A stretch of DNA of 64,000 nucleotides from Mobula hypostoma (taxonomy: Eukaryota): assembly GCF_963921235.1 (NCBI RefSeq), contig NC_086098.1:2728001-2792000 (forward strand), in the 5' to 3' direction. Positions 23,025 through 36,614 of this stretch are shown piece by piece. Every line of letters begins with the position of its first letter. Position 1 is the first letter of the stretch. A program made the position numbers and the translations under genes. Under the pieces are notes generated by a model. The model saw only the letters and a program-made list of their open reading frames with translations, was not told where the DNA came from and did no database searches.

Positions 23025-23310
23025 AAACACAAGCAATTTTGCAGATGTTGGAAACAGAGCAACTCGCACACAATGTTGGAGGAACTCAGTCGCATCTATG
23101 CTGGGGAACGAAAAGTCGACATTTCAGACGAAGAAACTTCATTGGGGCTGGAAAGGAAGGGGCAGAGGCAGAGCAAGGGAAAGGGGGACAGGCTGGCAGG
23201 TGAGGGGGGAGGTGTTTGGGTGGGGAGGGTTCACCCCCTCCCTCATTCACCTGGTTTCACCCATCACCTTCTGCCTTGTACTGATTTGTTTCTTCTCTCA
23301 ACTCTGTCCT
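23025..23310. mobile_element. Penelope LTR fragments in inverted arrangement
   Basis: Minus-strand LTR with degenerate hammerhead (23114-23149) followed by a plus-strand pyrimidine-rich piece. Confidence 0.7.
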
Positions 23311-23660
23311 CCTGCCTTCTCTCCATGACCTTGATGCCCTGACTAATCAAGAACCTATCAACCTCTGCTTTAAATGTACCAAGTTACTTAGCCTCCATAG
23401 TCATTGGCAGCAACAAATTCCACAGTTTTGACAACCTTCGGCTAAAGAAATTTCCCCTCTTCTCCTTTCTAAATGGACGTCCTTCTATTCTGAAGCTGTG
23501 ATCTCTGGTCCTAGACTCCCCCACTATAAGATACATCCTCTCCACATCCACTCTATCGAGGCCTTTCAATATTCGATAGTGAGCCCCCCCCACCCATTCT
23601 TCTAAATTCCAGTAAATGTAAACCCTGAGCCATCAAACACTCCTCATACAATAACCTTCA
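23310..23660 (-). mobile_element. CR1 3' fragment
   Basis: ORF 23384..23593 YRILKGLDRVDVERM..ESRTRDHS..NFFSRR..LWNLL. Confidence 0.85.
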
Positions 23661-25604
23661 GATGTGTGGTAGCATGCTCACTACTTGCGCTCTTATCTTG
23701 AGAATATCAAAAAAAGATGAAAGAAACTGCTTCTTTTTTGAAATACAGAACATTCACAGAAAATGGAGGCTGTACAGAGATTATTCTTTTTTTAAATACT
23801 CGCAGATTCCTCAAGGATTCCGCTCCAGTGTTTGGGATGCAAGTGAAACTGCTGACTGTCTCTGGGAGTTAGCGTGCCTTCATCACTGTTTGTAAAGGAA
23901 TGTGGTTTTTCGAGCTGCTTTCCAACGCTCTATGCAGAGAGACTGCCTAGATAGCTGGAAGTGATGTCTGACATGATAAATACCTTGCCAAGAAAGGTCA
24001 GGCCAGGCGATGATAATTCACACCCTAAGGGGGATGAAGTAAATCTTATGTAATCAAAAGCGGTAAACAGAGGCCAAACGCACAAACACCTACATTGGAG
24101 AAGGGGGGAAAAAAAGTCCTCATTAACCCTCTGAGTACTGATGCTGCTCTGACATAGTGGTCACCGTGACACTAATTGGTTATTGACTGAATACATTGCA
24201 GCTGAGAGGATGGCATAGCGGAAGGTGAAAAAAACAGAAGCCAAGGTTAACATTCTTTTAATGCGTGGCACTTCACCATTTACTCCTCTGCATTTCCTTT
24301 CCTTTCTGCAGACGATAAAGATTAAAAGCAACATGCACAAAATGCTGGAGGAACTCAGCAGCTCAAGCAGCATCTATGAAAATAAATAAGCAGTCGATGT
24401 TTCGGGCTGAGACCCTTCACCAGGATTAAAGCTGGAAATCAGAAACTGTTTAATATCACTGGAATATGTTGTGAATTTTGTTTTTTTGTGGCAGCAGTAC
24501 CGTGCAATACATAATTGTAAAACATTTATAAAACTATAAATATAAAAAAACTAAATTGTGCCTGAGAACAAAAAAATAGTGAGGTAAAATACTGTACATT
24601 GCCCATTCAGAAGCCTGACATTGACTCGTTTTGCAAGCATTTAGGAATTAAAATATTCCAAAGGAAGTTTGAAAAGCAAGTCTTTTTTTGGTGAGTTACA
24701 AATGGGGACGGAAATCAACTGTTATTTTGATTTGTGACAATTTGCTACTGATTGCAATGTTTATATACCAGCTGCAGCAGTGAGACAGAGCACTTTTGAA
24801 CTGTATCTGATGCCAAACCTCTCGCTGAACCAGAACAGTGGTATGCTACATAGCTAAACAGAGACCTGACTTCATCATACATGATTTCAAACCTCTAGCT
24901 CTACAATGCGTAGTCAAAACTGCCCAATGCATCACCAATACCAGCCTACAAGAACATACAGTATGTACCGGAAGGTGCCAGAAAGGGGCCGATAACACCA
25001 TGCAGGATCCCACCCCCCTCCCACTGCTTGTGGATTGCTTGTCCCACATTTTTTTACTCAGAGGGTGGTGAGTGCATGGAGCTGCCGGCAGTGGTGGTGG
25101 AAGCGGAAATGATAGGGTCTTTTAAGAGACTCCTGGATAAGTGTATGGAGCTTAGAAAAATAAGAGAATATGGGTAAGCCTAGGTAGTTCTAAGATAAGG
25201 ACATGTTTCGCACAGCTTTGATGGCAAAGGGCCTGTATTGTGCTGTAGGTTTTCTATGTTTCCAACCAACCCCTCCACAACCCCAACCACTGCTACTTTA
25301 TTATTTCCTTAACTACAGACACTCCTATGCCTAGCACCATTTTATGGACATCAATCTATATCTCAAAGCTATTTTATGTATTTATATTTATTGTGTTTTT
25401 TTATTATCGTGTTCTTTATCTTATTGTGTTGCTTTTTTGTGCTGCGTTCGATCCAGAGTAACAACTATTTTGTTCTCCTTTATAGTCTAAACTGAGTGAG
25501 CTGGTGGTGAACATCAACATCACACCGGGGTGCCTTTGCCAAAAAGCCAGCAGATTAGTTTGGCGTCATTTCTGCTCAGCCTTGGGTCTTTTTTTACGGA
25601 TTCT

Positions 25605-26620
25605 GACCAGCTAGGAAAATGACAGATGGAATTTAATGCATGCAAGTGTGGAGTGTCGCACTTTGGTGGGACTCAACAGGGTAGGTCTCATACAGTGAAC
25701 AGCAGGGCACTGAGGGAGTGCTCTAGAACCAAGGGATCTGGGAAAACAGGTCCATAATTCATTGAAAGTGGTGTCACAGGTAGATAGGGTCATAAAGAAA
25801 GCTTCTGGCACATTGGCCTTGGTAAAGCAATGTGTTGAGTACAGAAGATGGGATGTTCAGTATAATACTTTGGTGAGGCCTAATTTGGGGTATTGAGTGC
25901 AGCTCTGGTCACCGACTTGCTAGAAAGATGTCAATGAGACTGAAAGAATGCAGAGAGAAGTTACAAGGATGTTGCTGGGACTTGAGAAACTCAGAATATA
26001 GGGAAAAGTTGAATAGGTTAACATTTTTTTCCCAAAATGAGGGGAGATTTGATCGAAGTATTCAAAATTACGAGGGGTATAGACAAGGCAAACGCAAGCA
26101 GGCTTTTTCCCCAAGGACGGGACTGTCTAAAACTAGAGGTCATAGGTTAAGGATGAAAGGTAAAAGATTTTATTGGAACCTGAAAGGGATCCTCTTCACT
26201 CAAAGAGAGGTGAGTATGGAATGATGTGTCAGCAGGAGTAGTGGATATAGGTCTGATTGCAACATCAAAGAGAAGTTTGGATAAGTACATGATGGGAGGC
26301 ATATGGAGAGGAATGGTTCAGGTGCAGGTCAATAGGACTTTTTCTCATGGTGGAAAATGTTAATACAAGGGCTTAATTTTAAGATGATTGGAGGAAAGTT
26401 AAGGGGGGGAATGACAGAGATAGGTGCTTTACACAAAGAATGGTGGGTGTGTAGAACACACTCTCGGGCATTAGGGACAATTAAGAAACTCTTCCATAGG
26501 CACATGGATGATAGAAAAATGGAGGGCTACTGTATGTAGGAGGGAAGAGTCAGGTTGATCTCAGAGTTGGTTAAAGATGTGGCACAACATCGTGGGTCAA
26601 AAGGCCTGCACTGCATAGAA
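25605..26620 (+). mobile_element. Degraded CR1 fragments
   Basis: CAGATGGAATTTAAT..AAGTGTG (QMEFN..KC), TTGGTGAGGCCTAATTTGGGGTATT (LVRPNL.Y), CR1 3' tails. Confidence 0.8.
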
Positions 26621-28509
26621 ACATAGAAAACCTACAGCACATTACGGGCCCTTTTCTGAAGCTGTGCCCTCTGGTTCGAGAGTCTCCCACTAATGCAAAC
26701 ATCATAGAATCATGGAGTCATAGAGTGCAACAGCACAGGACATGTACTTACTTTAGAAATTACCTAGGGTTACCCATAGCCCTATATTTTTCTGAGCTCC
26801 ATGTACCTATCCAGGAGTCTCTTAGAAGACCCTATTGTATCTGCCTCCACCACCATCGTCTGCAGCCCATTCCACGCACTCACCACTCTCTGTGTAAAAA
26901 ACTCACCCCTGACCTCTCCTCTGTACCTACTTCCAAGCACCTTAAAACTGTGCTACGATGTTTTATGTTCAATGTTCTCGGATCCACTTACATTTCAGTA
27001 TCGCAGAAGAGTTGTTTTCTTCCATAAACAATAATAAAGATGACTCAGAATATTAATCACTCTCAGGATTGGACCAGCTACCGCAAGAAGAAGCTGAAAA
27101 GAAGCCAATAAAGTTCTGCCTCAGAGGATAGGTAAAAAACAAAACTGGCAACCAGAAACCAGATTGATTACTGGAAAACAAGTTCTGTTCTCTGGGGAAA
27201 TATTAGGTGGATTGGACCTCCATCCCTTTGAATTTAGAACAATGGGAGATGGCCTGAGACTCACAAGGCTGTTAGGAAAGTTTGAGAAGGTGAATGCTAA
27301 GATGCTCTTGCCCCAAATTGAATTAAGGGGCTATGTTCCAGATAAAGGTTTGGCCATTTAGACCAGAAGACACGGAAGCAGAATTAGGCCATTCCGCCCC
27401 CCCCCCACCGAGTCCGCTTCACCATTTGATCATGGCTGATTTATTACCTCTCTCAATCCCAGTCTTCTCCCTTCTCCCCGTAACTTTTGATGCCTGACTA
27501 ATGGAGAAACTATCAACCTCCGCTTTAAATATACTCACTGACTTGGCCCCCACACCGTCTATGGCAATGAATTCTTCTGGCTAAAGAAATTCCTAATCAT
27601 TTCTGTTCCAGAGGAGCGTCCTCCTATTCTGAAGCTGTGCCCTCTGGTTCGAGAGTCATCTGATCATAGAGTCATAGAGTGCAACAGCACAGAAACGGGC
27701 CACCTGGATTTCCAGTCAAAGTTCCAAGTACATTTATTATCGAAGTATGTATACGGTACACAACCCTGAGGCTCGTCTTCCCACAGGCAGCCACAAAACA
27801 AAGAAACACCATGGAACCCGTTCAAGGAAACATCACACCCAATGTGCAAGCAGCAAAAGTCAGCAAAAAACACAGATCAAAGTGCAGAGTCTCCGAAACA
27901 GAGCCACAGCCCCCAAGGCCGATTTAGCGCTGTGTTGATGACCGTAGGCGTCAGAGCAGTGACAGTTCCGAGCCAAAGTGCCATGATCAAATTGTGCAAA
28001 TAGAAGAAGAAACACAATCAGAAGCACATGGAACATAAACGACAGCGTCTTCCAAAAATAATCTGAGCCAGCAATCTTCCCAGCCCCATCCAATTGCACA
28101 GACCTGTGTCAATCTAGGACTGACTAACGGAGATATCCCTCCACCCAGTGGATAGTGAGCTTTTGGATTTCTCCATCCAAGAATGCTGTACAGACTCAAC
28201 CAATGTTCAAGGCCAGGATCAATCAATTTTGGGGCATTAAAGCGATCAAAAAGAAAAAAGTTAGGGCGGGAAAATAAATGTAGAGGTTGAATCCTAATCC
28301 ATATTATCTAATGAAGCAACACTGAGGGAGTGACCATAGTCTTCCTCCTGTTTCACAATCCCTTAAGCCCACATACAACAGATAATATTACAACATAGGA
28401 CAGGTCCATCGGCCCACAATGTTGTGCCAACTTTTTAAACTTCTTTAAGGTTAATCTAACTCTTTCCTCCCACACAGCCTTCCATTTTTATAATATAAGG
28501 AAACAGGTG

Positions 28510-28869
28510 TGTTGGGGTGGAGTTATCTCTCTACCAAAGGATGTGTAAGGAACCCTATCCCTCCACTAGTCTGCAGGTCACCCTTGGGCAAGGTGTAGCA
28601 CCTGCTTCGCCCCCCAGTCAGTGTCATGTGAAGCCATGGGAGCAGGTGGTGGATGATCGTACGAGCAGCCAGGGCGTATCACAAGTCCTGGCTATGTGAC
28701 CACTGACGCCACTGAAGAGGAGTGATAATGGCTGGGGTCACTCATCTTGTAAAGACACTGCCCAGAAGAAAGCAATGGCAAAATACTTCTGGAGAAAAAT
28801 TTGCCAAGAATGATCACAGTCGTGGAGAGACCATGTCATACGACAAGGCACATAATGATGATGATGATG
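28510..28869 (+). mobile_element. RTE-derived short non-autonomous retroelement
   Basis: GAAGAAAGCAATGGCAAAATACTTCTGG..TTGCCAAGAA resembles the RTE/BovB 5' UTR motif; 3' end GGCACATAATGATGATGATGATG. Confidence 0.65.
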
Positions 28870-28959
28870 TTGGAAACTGTGCAGACAGCTGAGGAAGGGG
28901 GCAGTTGCCCATTTTAACAGATGTCAAAATAACAAAGTTAAGAGAAAGTAGAAAATAAA

Positions 28960-29400
28960 ATGAGAATCAGAATCAGGTTTATATCACTGGCATATATTGT
29001 GAAATGTGTTACTTTGAGGCAACAGTACATTGCAACACATAATAATAAGAAGAAACTATAAATTACAATGAGAAATACATATAAAAAGAGAGTAAAAATG
29101 AGAAAAATGGTGAGGTAGTGTACATGGGTTCGTCCATTCAGAGATCTGATGGCAGAGGGGAAGAAGCTGTTCCTGAAACATTGAGTGTGTAGCTTCAGGT
29201 TCCTGTAGCTCCTCCCCGATGGTAACAATGAGAAGAGGACATGTCCTGGGTGATGGGGGCCCTTAATGATGGGCGCTACCTTTTTGCAGCATCACCTTTT
29301 GAAAATGTCCTTGATGCAGAGGAGGTGAGAGCCTGTGATGGAGCTGACTGAGTTTATAACTTCCTGCAGCATTTTCTGATCCTGTGCAGTGCCCCTCCCC
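28960..29400 (-). mobile_element. Rex1/Babar 3' end
   Basis: ORF 28938..29228 LPSGRSYRNLKLHTQCFRNSFFPSAIR; (GAATCA)n tail. Confidence 0.85.
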
Positions 29401-29509
29401 TAGTAATTCATATCCTAAGCAAGTCGAGTGCATAGGATCAATAATTCAGGTCCTCTTTCTACTGTCAGTTCCTGATATGCTCAGCATTTTCATCAGCTTT
29501 GGTGCTAAT

Positions 29510-30220
29510 ACAGTAGATTTTGGTAACTGGGGCAACTCCTTACTTGGAACAGCTTGTTAAGAACAAAAACTAATGGAGAAAATTGTTGGGATTCCCTTCA
29601 TTTACTTGGGACAAAATTCCACTTAATTGGGGCAGGAAACTGTTGGCAAATAGATTCTACCTAACATCAGTCACATACACTTGTGTGGCCTTTGGACGCT
29701 ATACTGTGCTTAGAGCAGTAAGCAGCGATTTTTGTCACTGTTAGTTGGCGAGAAATGAGCAGTAACACAATTCGGAACTATTTTGCTCACTGTGGTTTCA
29801 TGTATTCAGGCTTGGAGATTCTAGAAACAGCGGGGAGTGAAAATAAAATGATTTCACTACTTCAACAAGTTAGGGACCAAAAATATCGACATCATCTTGT
29901 GTGTTACAATGAAAATGAAGATTTGGAGGATACAATCATCAATTGTATGAAGCCGGTCCATTTTTTACACGAGCTGTGCTGATTTTGTTCATTGCGTGCA
30001 CTGGATGGATTCCTCTATCAGTAGCTATTAGGAGCTAATACAGGTTTATAGTACAGTAGTACTATTACCAGTGTTTGAATTTGTTCTGTATTGAATTTAA
30101 ATACATAACTGTTACCCAGTTTTTCTTTTTTATACCTTAACTATTTCCATGAAATCAGCTAATTAACTGGGCCAAAGGGTACTGGTCACGATGTGCCCCG
30201 GTTAACCAGAATCCATGGAA
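29510..30220 (+). mobile_element. Tigger/pogo-derived non-autonomous element
   Basis: TA|CAGTAGATTTTGGTAACTGGGGCA ... TGCCCCGGTTAACCAGAATCCA termini; ORF 29755..29982 SSNTIRNYFAHCGF resembles the Tigger DDE C-terminal TI.NCF..CGF motif. Confidence 0.75.
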
Positions 30221-30452
30221 TTTAAAATACATGTCAACAAGGAAATTGATACAAGCAAACATTTTGGGAAATATCAAAGTATGTTATGTGATATTTCAAT
30301 CTCCTTTCAATCAACTGCCGGAAAACTGCAAACTCACAAAAGTTACTGACAATTGAATTGATTCAAGCAGTTCTTCCTCAAATACTGTTCATAAATTAGA
30401 AAGAGGCCATTTTAAAGAGGCATACTCACATGGCGGTGCATTGAGAAGGTAC

Positions 30453-30795
30453 TGTCAGGCCTGCACAGACAGACTCCTCACAGTCCCCGCCCAGTTAACG
30501 GGAGTCACCTGTCACTCATTTCCAACTCTCCACCTGCAGCCTATTTAAACCCGGCTCTCATCAATAATTGTTCACTCATTGAACCAGCCAGTCCCAATCA
30601 GTTCCTCCCAGCCAGAAATTTTTATGTGTGTTGCTTCACTTACCTTGTTGCTTTGTTCTGTTAAGTATCTGTTTTTCTTGTTCTGTGGCCCCTCATATCA
30701 TGCTATTTTGCAGTTTGTTATTAAAGTTGTCACTTAACCCTTAATCACCTCTGTGGTTCTGCTTTTGGGTCGAGTGTCCCCTGCGTTTCCTAACA
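30453..30795 (+). mobile_element. Solo LTR (Ty3/gypsy-like), 343 bp
   Basis: TGTCAGG...CCTAACA termini, perfect 5-bp duplication GGTAC (30448-30452 and 30796-30800), TATTTAAA at about 30542, ATTAAA at about 30720. Confidence 0.9.
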
Positions 30796-31114
30796 GGTAC
30801 TGGCAGTCTCACATCAGAGTAATACGTGATCTACCTGAAGATCTGCATTGATTTCCAACACACCCACATGCAGATCTCATGTAATCAGCCGAATAGATGT
30901 GGGTATATTTAATCGATTATTTATGAATTAAAAGAAACTGAGTCAGTCCTAAAATCTCTCGTAAATTCATGATAATTATAGGTTATGGTAGTTTTAGTGC
31001 TTCAGGACCAGGCATGAAGAGAGGGAGATTAAATGAAAGGCACTTTTGACAAGTGTTTAAATATATCCTACATCTCAGGAAAAAGGTGCACCGTATCTTT
31101 AAAATATCTTAAAT

Positions 31115-31383
31115 GGGGTGCCACAGTAGCGTAAAAGTTCGCACGACGTTATTACAGCTCACACAGTTCTGGAGTTCAGAGTCAAGTTCCGATGCCGTCT
31201 GTAAGGAGTTTGTACGTTCTTCCCGTGTGCACGTGGGGGTCCCCTCAGTGCAAGGATGTCCGGGTCAGTAGGTTAACTGGTGACTGTAAACTGTCCTGTA
31301 TTAGGCTAGGATTAAATAGGAGTGTTGCTTGGTGGTTGTTGGGCTGGAAGAGCCTGTTCCACACTGTATCATTAAATAAATAA
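31115..31383 (+). mobile_element. V-SINE
   Basis: tRNA-like head, CTGTAAGGAGTTTGTACGTTCTTCCCGTG core, (TAAA)n tail. Confidence 0.8.
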
Positions 31384-31859
31384 CTGAAGAGGAAAGAATT
31401 AGTGGAACTGAAAACTTTTATGGGCAGTTCTCTAAATAATCAAAGAATGACACGTGCTTTTGAAATCAGATTTTACATAAAAAGGACTGTTGGATAGCTT
31501 AATTAAAAGTTTGGGAAGTGCTTGTTTTGTAAAATAAAAGCCAGCTGGCTTTACAATGTGATGGTACTTCACTGCACACAGATACAGTTAGTATCATCCT
31601 TCTATCAGAAAGAACAGGCATTTAAGGTAATGACTGGAGAAGCTGAAAGGAAATGAGGTTCAATTGAATGATACATTTCCTTCTAATAATATTCCAACAA
31701 GATGTAAAATAAATTCCTTGCTTGTTACATATTTTATTATTTTTGAAAGGATGGAAAATGCCACAGTAGATCTCAAATGAAGCAGCAACAGTTTTTGCAT
31801 TCATTGGACTCTGAAAGTGTGTCTTTAAATCTGGCTCTGAGGACACATATGCAGTAAGC

Positions 31860-32640
31860 CTCATCAGCCATTGTCACGGCTACCCCAGGGTACATCTTCT
31901 GCTCAGAAGCCAGCTACACTTCCTGAATCCCAAAGTACCAGCTACCCATCACCTCTTCCCCGCACGCAGCGCCAGGGACCCTGCCGAGAAATCAGCATGC
32001 AGCCAGCAAAAGCAGTCTTTCGTCTGGAATAAAAATTAATATTACTTGTCATTTTTCATGTCTGAGCTCTTTTCATGCTTTATCCTCTGGTAATGAGGGC
32101 TAAATTGCAAATATTAGCAGATTTTCATGGCTAGCACAGAAAGAGCTGTTACCAGAATAAATGTTTGCCTTGCTTCTGTAGGATGCAAGCTTTGCTAATG
32201 TAGGACTGCTAATTATTTTCTAAATAGGCAATAATCTACATCCCCCCAGTGTTGGGTAGCAATTGGCCACGTACCTGCTACTTCCCTTATTTACATGTTT
32301 TACAACTTTATCAACTACACTAATTACACTCTGAGCACTGTTTAAAATTTTCTGTTAATAGAGATACAATGATGCACCAGAGGATGTGTATTTATGCTGT
32401 AATTACGCCTCTGTTCCTACGATGCGGTCTCCAATTAGCTGTCGACAGTGGCACAAGCAGCTGCCTGATATTCTAAAGCAGTGAAACATCTGCACGGCGG
32501 ATGATATGCTCGCATGAATTTTTGAGCCTGGAAATTCACACCCAGGGGAGCACAGACAAACAGGAGCCTGTCATGTGCGCGGACGATTAGGAATCCTCAC
32601 CATGGCAACCTGGGAGCAGCCAAGGCCTGGAACAAGGGGA
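31860..32640. promoter_or_regulatory. Candidate conserved non-coding element / enhancer
   Basis: Repeat-free, no credible ORF, many TAAT/ATTA motifs, X-box-like CTCACCATGGCAAC at 32596-32609; conservation not tested. Confidence 0.45.
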
Positions 32641-33949
32641 CACATGCCCAGCTTTGGGAATATATATTACATTACATATACGTGTATATTGTATAGAACG
32701 ATAGATGTTCGGCATCTCCAGCTTTTCAAAAAAAGAATTTTTAAAGAAGGTTAAAAATCTAAAACATGGCTTTGAAAGAGATAAATCAGGGCTACTAGTT
32801 TGAATTTCAAGACAAAAGCAATCTTAAAAAGATACCATATGTTTCCATTGCTTTGATATTATTTATTTTGAATATTGATAACAGATTTACATTGTTGGAA
32901 TATAATTTAAACAAATAAGAGAGAACAGAGAATAAAGGATTTCTTTCATTGCTCTCTTTGCACTGCTTATTTAATTTAATTTTGTATATACATTTCTTAC
33001 TGTTATTTATAGTTTGTTATTATTATATTTTGTACCATAATGCTGCTGCAGGACAACAGATTTCAGGACATATGTCAGTGATGTTAAACCTGATTCGGAT
33101 TCGGATTCGGATTCTGGTTCTGAGTTGCACATGACGCTGACGAGGGTCTGTGTTCAGAACAGTACTCCTGCAAAGTTGTAGACATGGCTCAGCAAGGGGT
33201 AGGGGAAATGAAGGCATTAAAATATTGCAATCTATTTATTGCCTTTTAGAGAACTACTACCTCATTATCCAGTAAATGTCAAGTTATTTAAGGTATACGT
33301 AATAATCGGATACAAAAGTAACTCAGGGCCAATGAAAGGGATAAGACTCATCCATTGTGTTGTAGTTAAGTACAGGATTATTTTGTTTTAACTCTGTTTC
33401 ATGGGAGAAGAAAATCTTTTATTCATTTCCCAAACATGAAATGTGGTGGACGCTCATTACTATTATTCAGGTTGATTTTTAAATGTTAAAAAAAAGATAA
33501 AATTCAGAAATGCTTTTTGAAGAAAATAAATACGGAAGACATGGTCTCTTTAAAAATTAGAACACAAGCACGCTGGAAATAACTGTTGAAATGTGTCAGC
33601 TGTGAAATTAAAGTATGTACTCCAAAAAAATGAAATAACAGCCTTTAGGCCTTGCACAAGGTCCATTAAGCCTGCGACTTGTGAGGACAATAATTATCTT
33701 TGGACCGCAGTCAGCAAGAGACCGCTGCAGCAGCTGTGAAACTTCTGAAAGCTGTGTGTTATATTTTCTGCACAGCCCAACTTTAAAATAATATTCAATC
33801 AATAAAGTCAGACCAGTCAGAAATATATGTGTGTTCTGTCTTTGAAGCACCTTCTCAAAATAAATCCATGGCCAACTGAACCTGGCAGGCCAACCTTGAA
33901 TATTACACACCCATATCTCCATGTTAAAAAATTAACTGCCACATTTAAA

Positions 33950-34490
33950 CCCACTTGGTGGCCACTTTATTAGGTACACCTGTACACCTGCTGGTTAATG
34001 TGAATATCTAATCAGCCAATCATGTGTCAACAACTCAATACAGACATGGTCAAGACATCCAGTTGTTGTTCAGGCCATTAGGAACATTAGAACGGGGAAG
34101 AAATGTGATCAAAGTGACTTTGACCATGGAATGATTGTTGGTGTCAGGCGGGATATCTCAGAAACTGCTGATCTGGAATCTTCATGCACAATAGTCTCTA
34201 GAGTTTAAAGAAAATGGTGCGAAAATGAAAAGAAAAACATCCAATGAGCAGCAGTTCTGTGGGTGAAAATGCCTTGTTAATGAAGGAGGTCAGAGGGGAA
34301 TGGTCAGACTGGTTCAAGCTGACAGGAAGGCGACAGTAACTCGAATAACCACAGGTTATCACAGTGCAGAAGAGCATCTCTGAAAGCACAGCACGTTGTA
34401 TCTGGAAGTGGATGGGCTACAGAGGCAGAAGACCACAAACATACAGAAATACATTCATTGTAGTAATAAAGCGGCCGCTAAATGTACAGT
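33950..34490 (+). mobile_element. Tc1-like non-autonomous element
   Basis: CACTTGGTGGCCACTTTATTAGGTACACCTG left TIR; encodes GKKCDQSDFDHGMIVGVR; degenerate right TIR AATAAAGCGGCCGCT. Confidence 0.85.
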
Positions 34491-34864
34491 ATATGTGCAG
34501 TTCCTTTGACGTTCTTTCTCAGAGTACAACCAGGGTGAGTGAGACAGCAGGCCCATCCTGGGTATTATATGCCTACATTCTATTGCTACATTTTAGATGT
34601 AGCTACAGTACTGCCGAACCTCTTAAAAACTGTTTATTTTCAAGAAAAGCAAAATAGTTTGAAAATTACTCAGATGAGTTTGTATCGATTTCTGGTTGAT
34701 AACTATAGTCAGTCTGATATGCTTGAATCTACCTCGGTGTACAAATTTCACGCTGGTATTGTTAATTAACATTGTGTGTAAGACTGGTATTGGCACGATC
34801 TGAAAGTGATGACATCACTTTGACCTTTCTTAAGTGAGCCGTCAGTTTAAACACATAAATATTT

Positions 34865-35197
34865 AAAGACCTAGTAGACATAGAGGGGATCGTTCCTATA
34901 GTGGGTGGGTCTCGGACAGAGGGCACAGCCTCGGACGAGAGGGACATCTATTTAAAGCATAGGAGAAACTTCTATACCTGGAGGGAGGTGAATCTGTGGA
35001 ATTCAGATAGCTGTGGAGGCTGAGTCATTGGGTACATGCAGGTTAATAAATTCTTAATTAGTAAGGACATCAAAGGTTATGGGGAAGAGGCAACAGAATG
35101 GGGTTGAGAGGGATAATAAATCAGCCATGATGATAATATATCAGGCAGAGCATATTCAATGGGCTGAATGGCTTAATTCTGGTCCTATGTCTTATGC
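34865..35197 (+). mobile_element. CR1 3' end
   Basis: GTGAATCTGTGGAATTC (VNLWNS) and terminal ATGGGCTGAATGGCTTAATTCTGGTCCTATGTCTTATG. Confidence 0.8.
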
Positions 35198-35654
35198 TCC
35201 TTAAAATCATACATAGAAGTTGTAGTCAAATTATCATTCATGCATTCAGAAAGGAAATTGTAATCTAAGTTTGCTTAGGATACACTTGAAACTTTTGCAT
35301 CACATTGTGCCGCAGAATATAGCTGGCACAGAAGCCAATTGAGCATCTGAGCGTCTAATAGTGAGTATCAAACCAAGATCAATCAGATTGAAACCCTTTC
35401 CTGTGCACTTCAAAATAAACAATGATCTCTGTAACCCTGCTGTTGCCAGGAAACCAAGTCTTTGTGTTATGACGTATATACAGCTCATTGTTAAATGTAT
35501 TCTCCAGGCATGGCTGGAGTGGGAGGGATGGGGAGTTCTGTGCAGTTTGGTTGACACACACTTCTGCAAAGAGTGGATCTCTGCAAAAGAGGCATTCCAG
35601 ATTATTCCTGGAGCGAATTATTTGCTTCCTACTTCTTTAAAAATGATCCTGACC

Positions 35655-36090
35655 AGAATCAGGTTTAATATCACTGGCATATGTTGTGAAATGTCTTGTT
35701 ATGCATCAACAGTATACTACAATATATAATACTAAAAACTATAAATTAGAAATGAAATATAGATTTTACACATAAATTAAATAAGAAGTGCAAAAAGAGA
35801 GCAATAAAGATTTTAAAATAGCGAGGTAGTGTTCATGGTTTCACTGTCCATTCAGAAATCTCACGATGGAGGGGAAGAAACTGTTCCTGAAACACTGAGA
35901 GACTGTCAGGCTCTTGTAGCCGCTCCCTGATGGGAGAAATGAGAAGGGGACATGTTCAGGGTGACGGGGATCCTTATTGATGGATATTGCCTTTTGAAGG
36001 TGTCCTGAACGTTGAGGAGGTTAGTGCCTACGATGGAGTTGGCTGAGTTTGCAACTTTCTGCAGCTATTTCCATTCCTGTGCAGTGTCTC
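35655..36090 (-). mobile_element. Rex1/Babar 3' end
   Basis: Homologous to 28960-29400 and 12960-13430. Confidence 0.8.
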
Positions 36091-36614
36091 TTAGTATACA
36101 GTACAAGTTTAAGGGAAAATTCTCTAATTCATTCTGAATCCCTCATCAAAATGACTTCCCTGATTACTTTCCGTAGCTGTGTGTTACATGGCACATGGGA
36201 CATTTAAGAGGGTCTTGGATAGGTACATGGATGATAGAAAAATGTAGGGCAACATAGTAGTGAAGGGTTAGATTGATCTTGGAGAAGATTTAAAGGTCAG
36301 TACAACATTGTGGGACAAAGGGCCTGTACTGTGCTGTAACATTCAGTGTTTTATGTTCTATTTTTGCTGGGCATCCAGGTAAGCTTCAATACCCCAAAAT
36401 TGTTTCCTCTCAGCAACAGCACAGTTTCACATTCCCTATTCTCGTGCTATCGGCCCATTTAAGAGACTCTTAGATAGACACATGGGTGATAGAAAAATGA
36501 TGAGTTATGTGGGAGGGAAAGGTTAGATTGATCTTAGAGTAGGTTAAAAGGCCAGTACAGTGTTATGGGCCGAAGGGCCTGTACTGTGCCATAGTGTTTT
36601 GTATTTTTAGTTTT

